From: Patescibacteria group bacterium
Lineage (GTDB): Bacteria > Patescibacteriota > Patescibacteriia > Patescibacteriales > UBA12465
DNA: 64,000 nucleotides
Assembly (NCBI GenBank): GCA_041664445.1
Contig: JBAYKT010000004.1
Coordinates: 9,976 to 73,975, forward strand
Reading direction: 5' to 3'
Every line of letters begins with the position of its first letter. Position 1 is the first letter of the stretch. The translations under genes and the position numbers were made by a program. This document shows positions 45,218 to 54,395 of the stretch, piece after piece. A model generated the notes under the pieces. That model worked only from the letters and a program-made list of their open reading frames with translations, was not told the origin of the DNA and searched no databases.

Positions 45218-45679
45218 ATGATGGATATTATAATTGTCGCCTATGGTAAAATTAAGCAAGAAAATTTTCGGGCCCTGGAAATTGAATATTTAAAAAGACT
45301 ACAACCTTACGCCCGTCTTAAAATTACGGAATTAAAAGCGGAAGCTTTTTCCAAATCCGGCCAAGAAGCAGCCAAAAGGATAGAGGGGGAACGCTTGCAA
45401 AATTATTTGTCTGCTTATAAATCAGAAAATATTTTTTTATTGGCGGAGAGGGGGGAAGAATTTGACTCCGTGGAGTTTTCTAAAAAAATAAACAGCTTGG
45501 CGGGGACTTTAATCTTGGTTATCGGCGGAACTTTGGGATACAGTCCGGAAATTTTTAAAGCCTATAAAAAAATATCTTTGTCTAAGCTCACATTCCCGCA
45601 CGAATTAGCGCGGGTAATATTATTAGAACAATTATATCGGGCGGCCGCCATTGATAATCAAAAAGCTTATCATTACTAA
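45218..45679 (+). CDS. rlmH: 23S rRNA (pseudouridine1915-N3)-methyltransferase RlmH
   Basis: SPOUT-type LVIGGTLGYSPEI...LSLSKLTFPHELARVILLEQLYRA. Confidence 0.9.
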   Translation: MMDIIIVAYGKIKQENFRALEIEYLKRLQPYARLKITELKAEAFSKSGQEAAKRIEGERLQNYLSAYKSENIFLLAERGEEFDSVEFSKKINSLAGTLILVIGGTLGYSPEIFKAYKKISLSKLTFPHELARVILLEQLYRAAAIDNQKAYHY

Positions 45680-45686
45680 ATAATTT

Positions 45687-46418
45687 ATGTTTAATTTTAA
45701 CGATATCGCTCTTAGCCTTGATTCCTTGGCGGATAAGAAGCAAGCTGCTATTTTGCAGCGTTTTTTTAAGACCGGCCCCGGAGAATACGGCGCGGGCGAT
45801 ATTTTTCTGGGCATTAAAGTCCCGGTGCAAAGGGAAGTAGCCAAAAAATATCAAAGTGCGTCCCTAAGCGCCGTCGCTAGACTTTTAAAAAGTAAAATAC
45901 ACGAATATCGCTTAGTCGGTCTTTTGATTCTCATAAAAAAATATGAAGCCGCCGATAGTCAAGCGCTTAAACAAGAAATTTTTGATTTTTACATTGATAA
46001 TTTTTCCGCGATTAATAATTGGGACTTGGTTGATTTGAGCGCTCCTAAAATTGTCGGCGATTTTTTATTTAATTATTATCAGGGAAAAAACAAATCTGCT
46101 TTAAAATTTTTGGAAAATTTAGCCGACTCCCGTAATTTATGGGAAAGGCGCATTGCTATAATTTCTACTTTTTATTTTATTTATCAGGGGCAAACGCGGG
46201 AAACCTTTGTTATCGCCGCTAAACTTTTAAGCGATAAACATGATTTAATTCATAAAGCTGTTGGTTGGATGCTTAGGGAAGCCGGGAAAAGAGTTAGCGA
46301 GCATGAGTTGTTGGAATTTTTAGATACTCATTTGAAAAATATGCCACGCACGGCTTTGCGTTATGCCATTGAACGTTTAGAGGAACCAAAAAGACGCGCT
46401 TATTTAACTAAAACCTAG
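45687..46418 (+). CDS. DNA alkylation repair protein (AlkD/AlkC-like HEAT-repeat glycosylase family)
   Basis: LQRFFKTGPGEYGAGDIFLGIKVPVQREVAKKY, NNWDLVD, WERRIAIIST, VGWMLRE. Confidence 0.8.
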   Translation: MFNFNDIALSLDSLADKKQAAILQRFFKTGPGEYGAGDIFLGIKVPVQREVAKKYQSASLSAVARLLKSKIHEYRLVGLLILIKKYEAADSQALKQEIFDFYIDNFSAINNWDLVDLSAPKIVGDFLFNYYQGKNKSALKFLENLADSRNLWERRIAIISTFYFIYQGQTRETFVIAAKLLSDKHDLIHKAVGWMLREAGKRVSEHELLEFLDTHLKNMPRTALRYAIERLEEPKRRAYLTKT

Positions 46419-46452
46419 TTTTTCCGAACCAAAGCGTCGGTGGCAAGTCATA

Positions 46453-46480
46453 TTGTTGTTTTTTCCGCTTGTGCTATAAT
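46453..46480 (+). promoter_or_regulatory. Candidate promoter with extended -10 (TGcTATAAT) for the SIMPL gene
   Basis: TG 46472-73 and TATAAT 46475-80. The -35 is weak (TTGTTG). Confidence 0.45.
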
Positions 46481-46515
46481 TTTAGTGCCTAATTTAGGCT
46501 TTAATTTATAAATAT

Positions 46516-47301
46516 ATGTCTGAGAACAATTTAAAGGTATCATCTTGGCGCGAGCCAAAGTTCGTTCTAATGTTGGTGGGAATTCTGCTTTTAGCCGGAG
46601 TGGTTGTGGTTTCTATTTTAAGAGACAGAATTGTAAACCAATCTTTACAACAAGTGACCGTTAACGGTCAGGGAAGAGTCGCTTATACTCCTAATTTAGC
46701 CATTGTTACTCTGGGAATGCAGATTGATAAGGCTAAGACGGCGGAAGAGGCGTTGAGTCAATTAAATTCCAAAATGGAAAATATTACCAAAGCGGTTAAG
46801 GCTTTAGGCGTGACCGACAGCGATATTCAAACCCAGAATTATTATTTAAATCCCCAATATGATTACGTGGATAATATTTCTAAAGTTAATGGTTATAATG
46901 CCAATCAGCAATTAGTCGTTAAGATTAGCAATTACGATCAAGACCCTTCTCGTCTTAATAAGGTTATTGCCGCCGCTTCTAAGGCCGGTGCTAACCAAGT
47001 TGCGGGTCTAAGTTTTGATTCATCTAATATTAATGATTTAAAGCAACAAGCTAGAATCGCAGCCATTAAAGACGCTAAAGATAAAAGTGCGGCTCTTGCG
47101 TCCGCGGCCGGGGTGGAGCTTAAAGATATTGTCGGTTGGTGGGAGAATCTTATCCAACCGTCGCCATATGCCGCCGCTTATCCTTATTCATATGATCAGG
47201 GAGGTAAAGGCGGAGCGGCCGGAGGCGCGGCTGACCCTCAAATTGGCTCTGGTAGCCACGAAGTAATCATTGAGGTTGGCGTTAGTTATAACCTTAAGTA
47301 A
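46516..47301 (+). CDS. SIMPL-domain (DUF541) membrane-anchored protein
   Basis: TM anchor, then TPNLAIVTLGMQ...DIQTQNYYLNPQYDY...NGYNANQQLVVKI...QQARIAAIKDAKDKSAALA pattern. Confidence 0.8.
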   Translation: MSENNLKVSSWREPKFVLMLVGILLLAGVVVVSILRDRIVNQSLQQVTVNGQGRVAYTPNLAIVTLGMQIDKAKTAEEALSQLNSKMENITKAVKALGVTDSDIQTQNYYLNPQYDYVDNISKVNGYNANQQLVVKISNYDQDPSRLNKVIAAASKAGANQVAGLSFDSSNINDLKQQARIAAIKDAKDKSAALASAAGVELKDIVGWWENLIQPSPYAAAYPYSYDQGGKGGAAGGAADPQIGSGSHEVIIEVGVSYNLK

Positions 47302-47333
47302 AATTAATAAAATTTATTCATCTCTTTATAAAT

Positions 47334-49802
47334 ATGAACGGTAACGATAGTTCCGATCAAGCTAAATCCTCGTTGATTGCTAAAACAGTTTTGATAGTAA
47401 ATAGTAATTCTGCCAGCGATCCGCTTCATTCTAAAAAACTCTTTGTTCGCAAGGCTAAGAGCCTGGGCGTAAAAATAATTATTTTAAGCACTGAAGCTTC
47501 CACTTTTCAGCCTTATGCCGATTATTGTATAAACGCCAATACCTCTAATTATGCGGAATCTTTAGCCGCCCTGGAAACATTTTTACAGGAAAATCCTCAT
47601 CTTAGATTAGACGGAGTCGCTACTTTTTTAGAAGACGACGTTTTGTTGGTTTCTAAAATAGTAGATCGTTATCATTTAACCGGCACCCCTTTTAAAGTTG
47701 CTAATCGCGTTCGAAACAAGTTTTTATTTAGAGATTTTTGTGCGCATAATAATTTGCCGGTAGTTAAATTCAAGGAATTAAAAAACGCTCGCGACTTGGA
47801 GGAGGTCATCAAAAATTTTTCTTTTCCTTTGGTTGTTAAGCCGGCTTATGGCGCCGGCAGTGCTTTTGTAATGCGTGTTAATGACGAAGAGGAGCTTCGA
47901 GAGAGCTATGAATATATTAAAAAAGAAATGTCGCCCAAGATTGAATCGGCTTTAACGGATGGCTTGGCGGTTTTTGTGGAAGAATATATTGATGGCGACG
48001 AGGTTGATTTAGATATTTTGGTGCAAAATGGGAAAATAAAATTTTGCGCGATTTCTGATAATGGCCAAACTAAAGAACCATTTTTTATTGAAACGACTAG
48101 AATGACGCCCTCCAACTTACCTAATAAAAATCAGGCCCAGCTTTTAAGCATGGCCGATGAAACTTTGGAAAAATTGGGCATTCTTAACGGCTGTATTCAT
48201 TTTGAAGCTAAATCAACGCCGCAAGGCCCCATGCCTCTGGAAATTAATTTACGCCTGGGCGGCGATGAAGTCTATGCTAGCGTTAAGGCCGCTTGGCGCG
48301 TGGATTTAATTGAAAATTATTTAAAAATAGTTTGCGGTCTTTATATTCCTAAATTTGATTTTCCGGCCGGCCCTTATCAATATTTAGTGGCCGAGACTTT
48401 TTCTTCCGATCATTCCGGTATTTTAGTTAATCTGGAAATTGATGATCAATTGAAAAAAATGCCATTTGTCGAAGAGTTTCAGTTTGAGAAAAAAATTGGT
48501 GATTCAGTGATGGCGCCACCATATGGTTATGAATATCTAGGCTGGATTTTAGTTTCCGGACAAAATCCGCTTGATGCTCAAGATAATCTTCGATCCGCGA
48601 TTAAGTTAATCAGTTACGAGGTCGCTAAATTCCACCCCGCTTCGTCTATTGGAAAAACTGCTAGAAAAAATCCATTTTCTATTTCTACGGTTAACCGAGA
48701 GGTTTTGAAGCGCGGTTCTAAAATTGAAAAAATTAGACGCATGGCCGTGGCTAATCAGCGTAATCTGCATATTGGCGTGGCCTGCAATCTTTATGACGAA
48801 AATTCTCAAGACCAAGAAAGTTTGGTAGAAAATGATTTGACAGTTATCGGTAAAGAAATAGAAGTTGCGCTTAAAAGTCGGGGTTATAAAGTTAGTTTTT
48901 TTGATTTTAACGACCTGCCTAAAGTTTTTAACGAACTTAAAAATAGTGATGTTGATTTAGTTTTTAACGTCTGCGAACGTATTAATAATTCTAGTTTGCT
49001 GGAACCGCACGTCGCCTCCATTTTTGATGTTCTTCAAATTCCTTACACTGGCTCCAATCCATTTACCCTGGGTTTATGTATTGATAAAATTCGCGTTAAA
49101 AAACTTTTAAATTATCACAAGATTCCTACGCCGGAATGGGATTATATTTATTCCCTGGATGACGATGTTCGGGAAGACTTGCGCTATCCGTTGATTGTTA
49201 AACCGGCTAATACGGATAATTCTATTGGTATTACCAATGATTCAGTTGTTAGAAATGAAAAAGAGTTGCGTGTTCAATTAGAGAAGGTTATTAAAGAAAT
49301 CGGCCGCCCGGCTTTAATCGAAGAATATATCGATGGCGATGAATATGACGTGCCGGTTATCGGCTGGGATGATGATGATTTGCGCGTTTTACCGCTGACT
49401 CGCTCTATCTTTGACGCGCTTCCGGCCGACAAATGGCATATTTATCCTTTTGAAGCTAAATATAGCGATGATTCGATTTATGACCGTATTATTAGACAGC
49501 GGCCGCCAAAAAATATCAGCAAAAAACTGGAAGCGCTGTTGGGCGAAATCGCTTTGGACACTTATCGGATTTTAGATTGCCATGATTATGGCCGCGTGGA
49601 AATTAGAGTTGATAAAAATAATAATCCTTACGTCTTAGAACTCAATCCTAACCCTTCGCTTAATCAAGACGGTGTTTTTTCTGCTTCCGCCGAGGTTATT
49701 GGTTTAGACTATGCCGACTTTTTAGAAGAAATTATCCGCTTAGCCATTAAGCGTTATAAAGATAACCCGCCTTACTATCACTTACAGCCCAATATTCTTT
49801 AG
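47334..49802 (+). CDS. Fusion of two ATP-grasp ligases (L-amino-acid-ligase-like N-half + D-Ala-D-Ala-ligase-like C-half)
   Basis: N-half: NKFLFRDFC, FPLVVKPAYGAGSAFV, FVEEYIDGDEVDLDILV, LEINLRLGGDEV. C-half (from about nt 48762): LLEPHVASIFDVLQIPYTGSNP, CIDKIRVKKLL, YPLIVKPANTDNSIGI, LIEEYIDGDEYDVPVIG, YVLELNPNPSL. Confidence 0.8.
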   Translation: MNGNDSSDQAKSSLIAKTVLIVNSNSASDPLHSKKLFVRKAKSLGVKIIILSTEASTFQPYADYCINANTSNYAESLAALETFLQENPHLRLDGVATFLEDDVLLVSKIVDRYHLTGTPFKVANRVRNKFLFRDFCAHNNLPVVKFKELKNARDLEEVIKNFSFPLVVKPAYGAGSAFVMRVNDEEELRESYEYIKKEMSPKIESALTDGLAVFVEEYIDGDEVDLDILVQNGKIKFCAISDNGQTKEPFFIETTRMTPSNLPNKNQAQLLSMADETLEKLGILNGCIHFEAKSTPQGPMPLEINLRLGGDEVYASVKAAWRVDLIENYLKIVCGLYIPKFDFPAGPYQYLVAETFSSDHSGILVNLEIDDQLKKMPFVEEFQFEKKIGDSVMAPPYGYEYLGWILVSGQNPLDAQDNLRSAIKLISYEVAKFHPASSIGKTARKNPFSISTVNREVLKRGSKIEKIRRMAVANQRNLHIGVACNLYDENSQDQESLVENDLTVIGKEIEVALKSRGYKVSFFDFNDLPKVFNELKNSDVDLVFNVCERINNSSLLEPHVASIFDVLQIPYTGSNPFTLGLCIDKIRVKKLLNYHKIPTPEWDYIYSLDDDVREDLRYPLIVKPANTDNSIGITNDSVVRNEKELRVQLEKVIKEIGRPALIEEYIDGDEYDVPVIGWDDDDLRVLPLTRSIFDALPADKWHIYPFEAKYSDDSIYDRIIRQRPPKNISKKLEALLGEIALDTYRILDCHDYGRVEIRVDKNNNPYVLELNPNPSLNQDGVFSASAEVIGLDYADFLEEIIRLAIKRYKDNPPYYHLQPNIL

Positions 49803-49804
49803 CT

Positions 49805-50704
49805 ATGATTGAAATTAAATTAATTCAAGATTTGGAGCAGGCTAAAGAAATTTGGAATCGGCTTTCTAAAAACGAAACTCTCTATGACCGCTGGGATGTG
49901 CGTTATTGTTTTTATAAAAATGCGCCGGCGCCGCTTTATTTTTATGTCGCTTATGATGGCGGTGAGCCGGTGGCTTTATTGCCTTTGCAATATAGCGCCA
50001 AAGGAAACTATCTAGAATTTTTAGCCGAGTCGTTTATTGAAGGGAACCATCCTTTTTTTAAGCCGGGCTATGAATATTTATTGCCGGAATTATTTAAAAT
50101 TGATTGGCCGCATCCGGTTCAGATTTTTGATTTAGACGGCGCTGACCAATTTACCGCCGCGCTCCCACTGGAGGATTATGTTTACTATGTCGATGTTTCC
50201 GGGTTCAAAAATTTTGATGATTATTTGCTTTACGCATTTCCTAATGGGCGCAAGCGCTATAATTTTAAAAGATTATTTCCTATCCTAGAAAAAGAACATA
50301 CCTTAGAAATTGTTAAAGATGATTTTAGCGGTTTGGAGGCACTGATGGATTTGAATGTTAAAAATTTTGGAGACGAATCCTATTTGAATACCAAGGTTGA
50401 ACGCCAAGCTTTTTTTGATTTATTGCAATTGCCATTGGATTGGAAAATGATGGCCCTCACGGTTGATGGTCGTAAATTAGCCTATTCGCTCTCGGTAATT
50501 TACAACCAAGTGTATTATTATTTAATTGTCGGCTCGGATATTAGCGAGGTTAAAGATGCCTTTAAATATTTGACCAAGGCTAATATGGAATTAGCCATTA
50601 ACAGTGGCGCTAAGATTTTTGATTGTTCGCTAGGGGATTGTAATTGGAAACAGTATTGGCATTTAAACAAAAAACCTCAATATAAGTTCGAAAAAGGCCT
50701 TTAA
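49805..50704 (+). CDS. CelD/FemAB-like GNAT-fold protein (Acetyltransf_6-like)
   Basis: 2-nt gap after the ATP-grasp fusion. The C-terminal AKIFDCSLGDCNWKQYWHL resembles the fDfG.G...YK..W box of CelD/BioF2-like acyltransferases. Assignment is from memory of the family pattern. Confidence 0.6.
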   Translation: MIEIKLIQDLEQAKEIWNRLSKNETLYDRWDVRYCFYKNAPAPLYFYVAYDGGEPVALLPLQYSAKGNYLEFLAESFIEGNHPFFKPGYEYLLPELFKIDWPHPVQIFDLDGADQFTAALPLEDYVYYVDVSGFKNFDDYLLYAFPNGRKRYNFKRLFPILEKEHTLEIVKDDFSGLEALMDLNVKNFGDESYLNTKVERQAFFDLLQLPLDWKMMALTVDGRKLAYSLSVIYNQVYYYLIVGSDISEVKDAFKYLTKANMELAINSGAKIFDCSLGDCNWKQYWHLNKKPQYKFEKGL

Positions 50705-50706
50705 TC

Positions 50707-50735
50707 TTGACATTTATCCCAAATTAGTATATTTT
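50707..50735 (+). promoter_or_regulatory. Candidate rpsB-tsf promoter
   Basis: TTGACA (50707-12). -10 candidates are TATATT (50728-33, 15-nt spacer) or TATTTT (50730-35, 17-nt spacer). Confidence 0.45.
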
Positions 50736-50756
50736 AGTAGTACGAGAACCTGCTCA

Positions 50757-50845
50757 TTTTTGAGGAGGCATCTTTATTTATTAATCATCACGCCTCTATG
50801 GCTTTCGAGCCATTTTTTCTTCCTCATATTTTGAGGCGAGGAGGC
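50757..50845 (+). promoter_or_regulatory. Structured rpsB 5' leader (duplicated purine box, pyrimidine box, hairpin + T-run)
   Basis: TTTTTGAGGAGGC (50757-69) and TTTTGAGGCGAGGAGGC (50829-45) flank CTTCCTCA (50819-26). Perfect hairpin ATGGCT-ttcg-AGCCAT (50798-50813) followed by TTTTTT. Confidence 0.45.
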
Positions 50846-50865
50846 GGACGTAACAAAGAAAAAAT

Positions 50866-51552
50866 ATGTCAAAGACCCCAAAAATCGAAGACATGCTTAA
50901 AGCGGGCATGCACTTCGGCCATCGCACTAACAGATGGCACCCGAAGATGAAGCAATTCATCTACACTTCTAAAAATGGTATCTACATCATTAATTTGAAG
51001 AAGAGCCAGGAAAAATTAGGAGAAGCTTTGGATTTTATGGAAAAATTAGTGGCCGAAGGTAAAAGCATTTTATTTGTCGGCACCAAGAATCAAGTTGCCG
51101 GTCCTTTACAGAAAATGGCCATTGAAATCAACCAGCCTTATATCGTTGGTAAATGGTTGGGTGGTTACTTAACTAATTTTCTAGTGGTTAAAAAATCCGT
51201 TAAAAAATATTTAGATTTAATGGAAAAGAAAGAATCTGGTAAATTAGAAAAATATACCAAGAAAGAAAGATTAGAATTTGACCGTGAAATTGAAAAATTA
51301 AAAATTCGTGTTGGCGGTTTAACCGCTTTAAATAAACTTCCGGACGCTTTGTTTGTTTGGGATATTAAGGAAGAAGAAACTGCTATCCGCGAAGCTCAAC
51401 AAAAAAATATTCCTATCATTGCTATTTGCGATACCAATGTTAATCCTGATGAAGTTAATTACCCGATTCCGGGAAATGACGATGCCACCAAGACCATTAC
51501 TTTAGTTTTAGCGGCCATCAAGGATTCTTTATCGGGAGTTAAGCAAAAATAA
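50866..51552 (+). CDS. rpsB: 30S ribosomal protein S2
   Basis: MLKAGMHFGHRTNRWHPKM, ILFVGTK, PDALFVWD, AICDTN. Confidence 0.95.
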   Translation: MSKTPKIEDMLKAGMHFGHRTNRWHPKMKQFIYTSKNGIYIINLKKSQEKLGEALDFMEKLVAEGKSILFVGTKNQVAGPLQKMAIEINQPYIVGKWLGGYLTNFLVVKKSVKKYLDLMEKKESGKLEKYTKKERLEFDREIEKLKIRVGGLTALNKLPDALFVWDIKEEETAIREAQQKNIPIIAICDTNVNPDEVNYPIPGNDDATKTITLVLAAIKDSLSGVKQK

Positions 51553-51611
51553 AAAATAATTTTAGGCTTGGCAGCACATCTTGAAGATTGCGCCCAGCCT
51601 TAGCTATCAAT

Positions 51612-52406
51612 ATGGAGTTAATTAAAAAATTAAGAGACATGACCGGTGCGGGCATGGTTGATTGCCAAAAAGCTTTGAAAGAAGCTGACAATAACTTGGA
51701 GAAAGCTGTCGAAATTTTACGCAAGAAAGGAATTTCCAAGGCAGCTAAACGCACTGACCGCGAAGCCAATGAAGGCGTGGTTAAAGTTGCTGTTAATTCC
51801 GATAATACCGAGGGTTATATCGTGGAAATGAATTCCGAGACCGATTTTGTATCTCGTAATGAAAAGTTTCAAGCCTTTGCCGATTCTGTTTTAGAAATTG
51901 TTAAAACTAGCAAGCCTGCTTCTTTAGAGGCTCTTTTAAGCGCTCCTTTTGAAGCCTCCACCGTTTCCGAATCCCTTGACGCTTTAAGTGGCACAGTAGG
52001 CGAGAAGATGGCTATTAAGCGCTTTGAAATCGTTAGTGGCCCAACCGTAGCCGCTTATTCTCATTTAGGCGGTCGAATGGGTATTTTAGTAGTGATCGAC
52101 CAAGCAGAAAAGAAAGATGTCGCTGTTGATGTCGCTATGCAAGTGGCAGCCGCTAATCCTAAATATTTAGTTCCGGCTGAAGTCGGCCAGGAAGAGATGG
52201 ATAAAGAGCGCGCTATTTATAAAGAACAATTACTGAAAGAAGGTAAGCCAGAAGCGATGGTTGATAAGATTTTAGAAGGTAAGATGGGCAAATATTATTC
52301 CGAAGTCTGCTTAATGGAACAAGAATTCATTAAGGACGATAAGAAAAAAGTTAAGGACATCTTGGGCGGCGCCGCCGTGACCAAGTTTGTTCGTTACGCT
52401 CTTTAA
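51612..52406 (+). CDS. tsf: Elongation factor Ts
   Basis: MELIKKLRDMTGAGMVDCQKALKEADNNLEKAVEILRKKG (UBA-like N-terminus). I use ATG 51612. The track start 51588 is an upstream TTG. Confidence 0.95.
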   Translation: MELIKKLRDMTGAGMVDCQKALKEADNNLEKAVEILRKKGISKAAKRTDREANEGVVKVAVNSDNTEGYIVEMNSETDFVSRNEKFQAFADSVLEIVKTSKPASLEALLSAPFEASTVSESLDALSGTVGEKMAIKRFEIVSGPTVAAYSHLGGRMGILVVIDQAEKKDVAVDVAMQVAAANPKYLVPAEVGQEEMDKERAIYKEQLLKEGKPEAMVDKILEGKMGKYYSEVCLMEQEFIKDDKKKVKDILGGAAVTKFVRYAL

Positions 52407-52427
52407 GAGCGCTAAAAAAAGTTGTCC

Positions 52428-53243
52428 ATGCGTATAGTCCAAGTACAATTCGCCCCTTGGGACAAGGTTTATAATTTTTCCGCGGCCGGTTTAGAACTGG
52501 CGGCGGGGGATTATGTTATCGTCGAGACGGAAATGGGGAAGGAAATCGGGAAAATTATTAGTTGCCAAGCCGATAAAAGCGGCGCTGACAAAGAAATAAA
52601 GCCAGTTTTAAGAAAAGCAGATTTTGAAGATATTAGCGGTGCTCAAGATAATGAGCGTAAAGTAAGAGCCTTGGACTTTTGTCGCGAGGCAATTGAGCGT
52701 TTGGAATTACCGATGAAGCTCATAGATGCTCATTTTTCTTTAGATGGCAGCCGTATTAATTTTGCCTTCATTTCTGACGGCCGGGTTGATTTTCGAGAAT
52801 TAGTTAAAGAACTGGCCGCTAGTCTCGGGGCTAATATTCGTTTGACGCAGATTGGTACCCGCGATGAAGCCAAGATTGCCGGTGATTGCGGTCCTTGCGG
52901 CCGCGGACTTTGTTGCCGAGAATTTTTGTGCGAATTTTCTTCTATTACTTCCGAAATGGCGGAAACTCAGCAAGTTGTCCATCGTGGTTCCGAAAGAATA
53001 TCGGGGATGTGCGGGCGCTTGATGTGCTGCTTAGCTTATGAGTATGAAGGTTATAAGGATTTAGCCGGTCAGCTGCCTCCTATTGGCACCAAGGTTAATG
53101 TGGACGGAACGAGAGGGATAGTTTGCGGTCACCACTTATTAAAACAAACAGTTGATGTTCGCATTCCGGCGCAAAAATCTGATGAACGGGACCTGACAAT
53201 TGAAGTTGATATTAATCGTCATAAAAAAAATAAAACCAGATAG
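52428..53243 (+). CDS. PSP1 C-terminal domain protein (YaaT/RicT-like)
   Basis: IVQVQFAPWDKVYNF..GDYVIVETEMGKEIGKI and the Cys-rich GDCGPCGRGLCC.. region. ATG 52428 preferred over TTG 52422. Confidence 0.8.
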   Translation: MRIVQVQFAPWDKVYNFSAAGLELAAGDYVIVETEMGKEIGKIISCQADKSGADKEIKPVLRKADFEDISGAQDNERKVRALDFCREAIERLELPMKLIDAHFSLDGSRINFAFISDGRVDFRELVKELAASLGANIRLTQIGTRDEAKIAGDCGPCGRGLCCREFLCEFSSITSEMAETQQVVHRGSERISGMCGRLMCCLAYEYEGYKDLAGQLPPIGTKVNVDGTRGIVCGHHLLKQTVDVRIPAQKSDERDLTIEVDINRHKKNKTR

Positions 53244-53261
53244 TTTTATCAAATATATCCG

Positions 53262-53292
53262 AAACCGCCTTAAATGGCGGTTTTTTTGTTTT
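53262..53292 (+). terminator. Terminator after the rpsB-tsf-PSP1 unit
   Basis: AAACCGCC-ttaaat-GGCGGTTT followed by TTTTGTTTTTT. Confidence 0.75.
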
Positions 53293-53309
53293 TTAAAATT
53301 TAAAAATTA

Positions 53310-53318
53310 TGATATAAT
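53310..53318 (+). promoter_or_regulatory. Extended -10 promoter element (TGaTATAAT) upstream of gap
   Basis: TG 53310-11, TATAAT 53313-18, 37 nt upstream of ATG 53355. Confidence 0.5.
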
Positions 53319-53354
53319 ATTAAAGCTTAATTTAATAATTCTTTTTTATTATTT

Positions 53355-54368
53355 ATGAAAAAAATGAACGTTGCCATTAATGGCTTTGGGCGCATTGGAC
53401 GCGCCGCTTTTAAGATTATTCTTAATAAATTCCCAAATATGAATGTGGTAGCGGTTAATGACTTAACTGATGCCGCGACTTTAGCTCATTTATTACAAGT
53501 TGACTCTTGTTATGGTCGTTATGGCCAGAAAGTAAGTGCTACTAAAGATGCGATTATTGTTGGTAAGCTTAAAGTCCCAGTTTTAGCCGTTAAAGATCCG
53601 GCGGAACTCCCTTGGAAAGCTCTGAAAGTTGATGTCGTTTTGGAATGTACCGGCCGTTTTCGTTCTAAGGAAGAACTTGGTTTGCATTTAGCTGCCGGCG
53701 CGAAGAAAGTTGTTTTGTCAGCTCCAGCCAAGAAGGGCGGCGTGAAAACTATCGTCCTGGGTGTTAATGAAAATAAAGTTGGTAAATCTGACCATTTAGT
53801 TTCTTGCGCTTCGTGTACCACTAACTGTTTAGCGCCTTCAACGGCGGTTATTAAGAATACTTTTGGTATTAAGAAAGCTTTGATGACCACCGTTCATTCT
53901 TATACAGCTGATCAAAATTTGGTTGATGGCCCACATAAAGATTTGCGTCGGGCGCGCGCAGCTGCGGTTAATATGGTACCAACCACGACCGGGGCGGCGA
54001 TTGCCACCACTGAAACAATTCCATCCTTGAAAGACAAGTTCGATGGCTTAGCTGTTCGCGTTCCCACCCCAGTTGGTTCTTTATGCGACACCGTTTATTT
54101 ACTTGGCAAGAAAACAACCGTAGAAGCAGTTAACGCTGCCTTTAAGAAAGCGGCTAATGGAAAAATGAAGGGTATTTTAGAAGCTTCGAGTGAAGAACTG
54201 GTTTCCACTGACATCATTGGCAATCCCCATAGTTCTATTGTTGATTTATTATCCACCAAGCTTGTTGGTGGCGATTTGTTGAAAGTCATTGCTTGGTATG
54301 ACAACGAATGGGGATATTCTAACCGTTTAGTGGAGCTCGCCGCTTATTTGGGGAAGTTTATTAAATAA
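53355..54368 (+). CDS. gap: Glyceraldehyde-3-phosphate dehydrogenase
   Basis: INGFGRIGR, SCTTNCLAP active site, WYDNEWGYS. Confidence 0.95.
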   Translation: MKKMNVAINGFGRIGRAAFKIILNKFPNMNVVAVNDLTDAATLAHLLQVDSCYGRYGQKVSATKDAIIVGKLKVPVLAVKDPAELPWKALKVDVVLECTGRFRSKEELGLHLAAGAKKVVLSAPAKKGGVKTIVLGVNENKVGKSDHLVSCASCTTNCLAPSTAVIKNTFGIKKALMTTVHSYTADQNLVDGPHKDLRRARAAAVNMVPTTTGAAIATTETIPSLKDKFDGLAVRVPTPVGSLCDTVYLLGKKTTVEAVNAAFKKAANGKMKGILEASSEELVSTDIIGNPHSSIVDLLSTKLVGGDLLKVIAWYDNEWGYSNRLVELAAYLGKFIK

Positions 54369-54395
54369 ATTTGCTTTGCCAATTTAAAAATTAGT

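Noticed and set aside
51564-51600. Imperfect hairpin AGGCTTGGCAGC...GCGCCCAGCCT in the rpsB-tsf spacer as a terminator
   Set aside because: No T-run follows it and tsf starts 12 nt later. It is more likely a processing/stability element or coincidental, and it is not strong enough to call.
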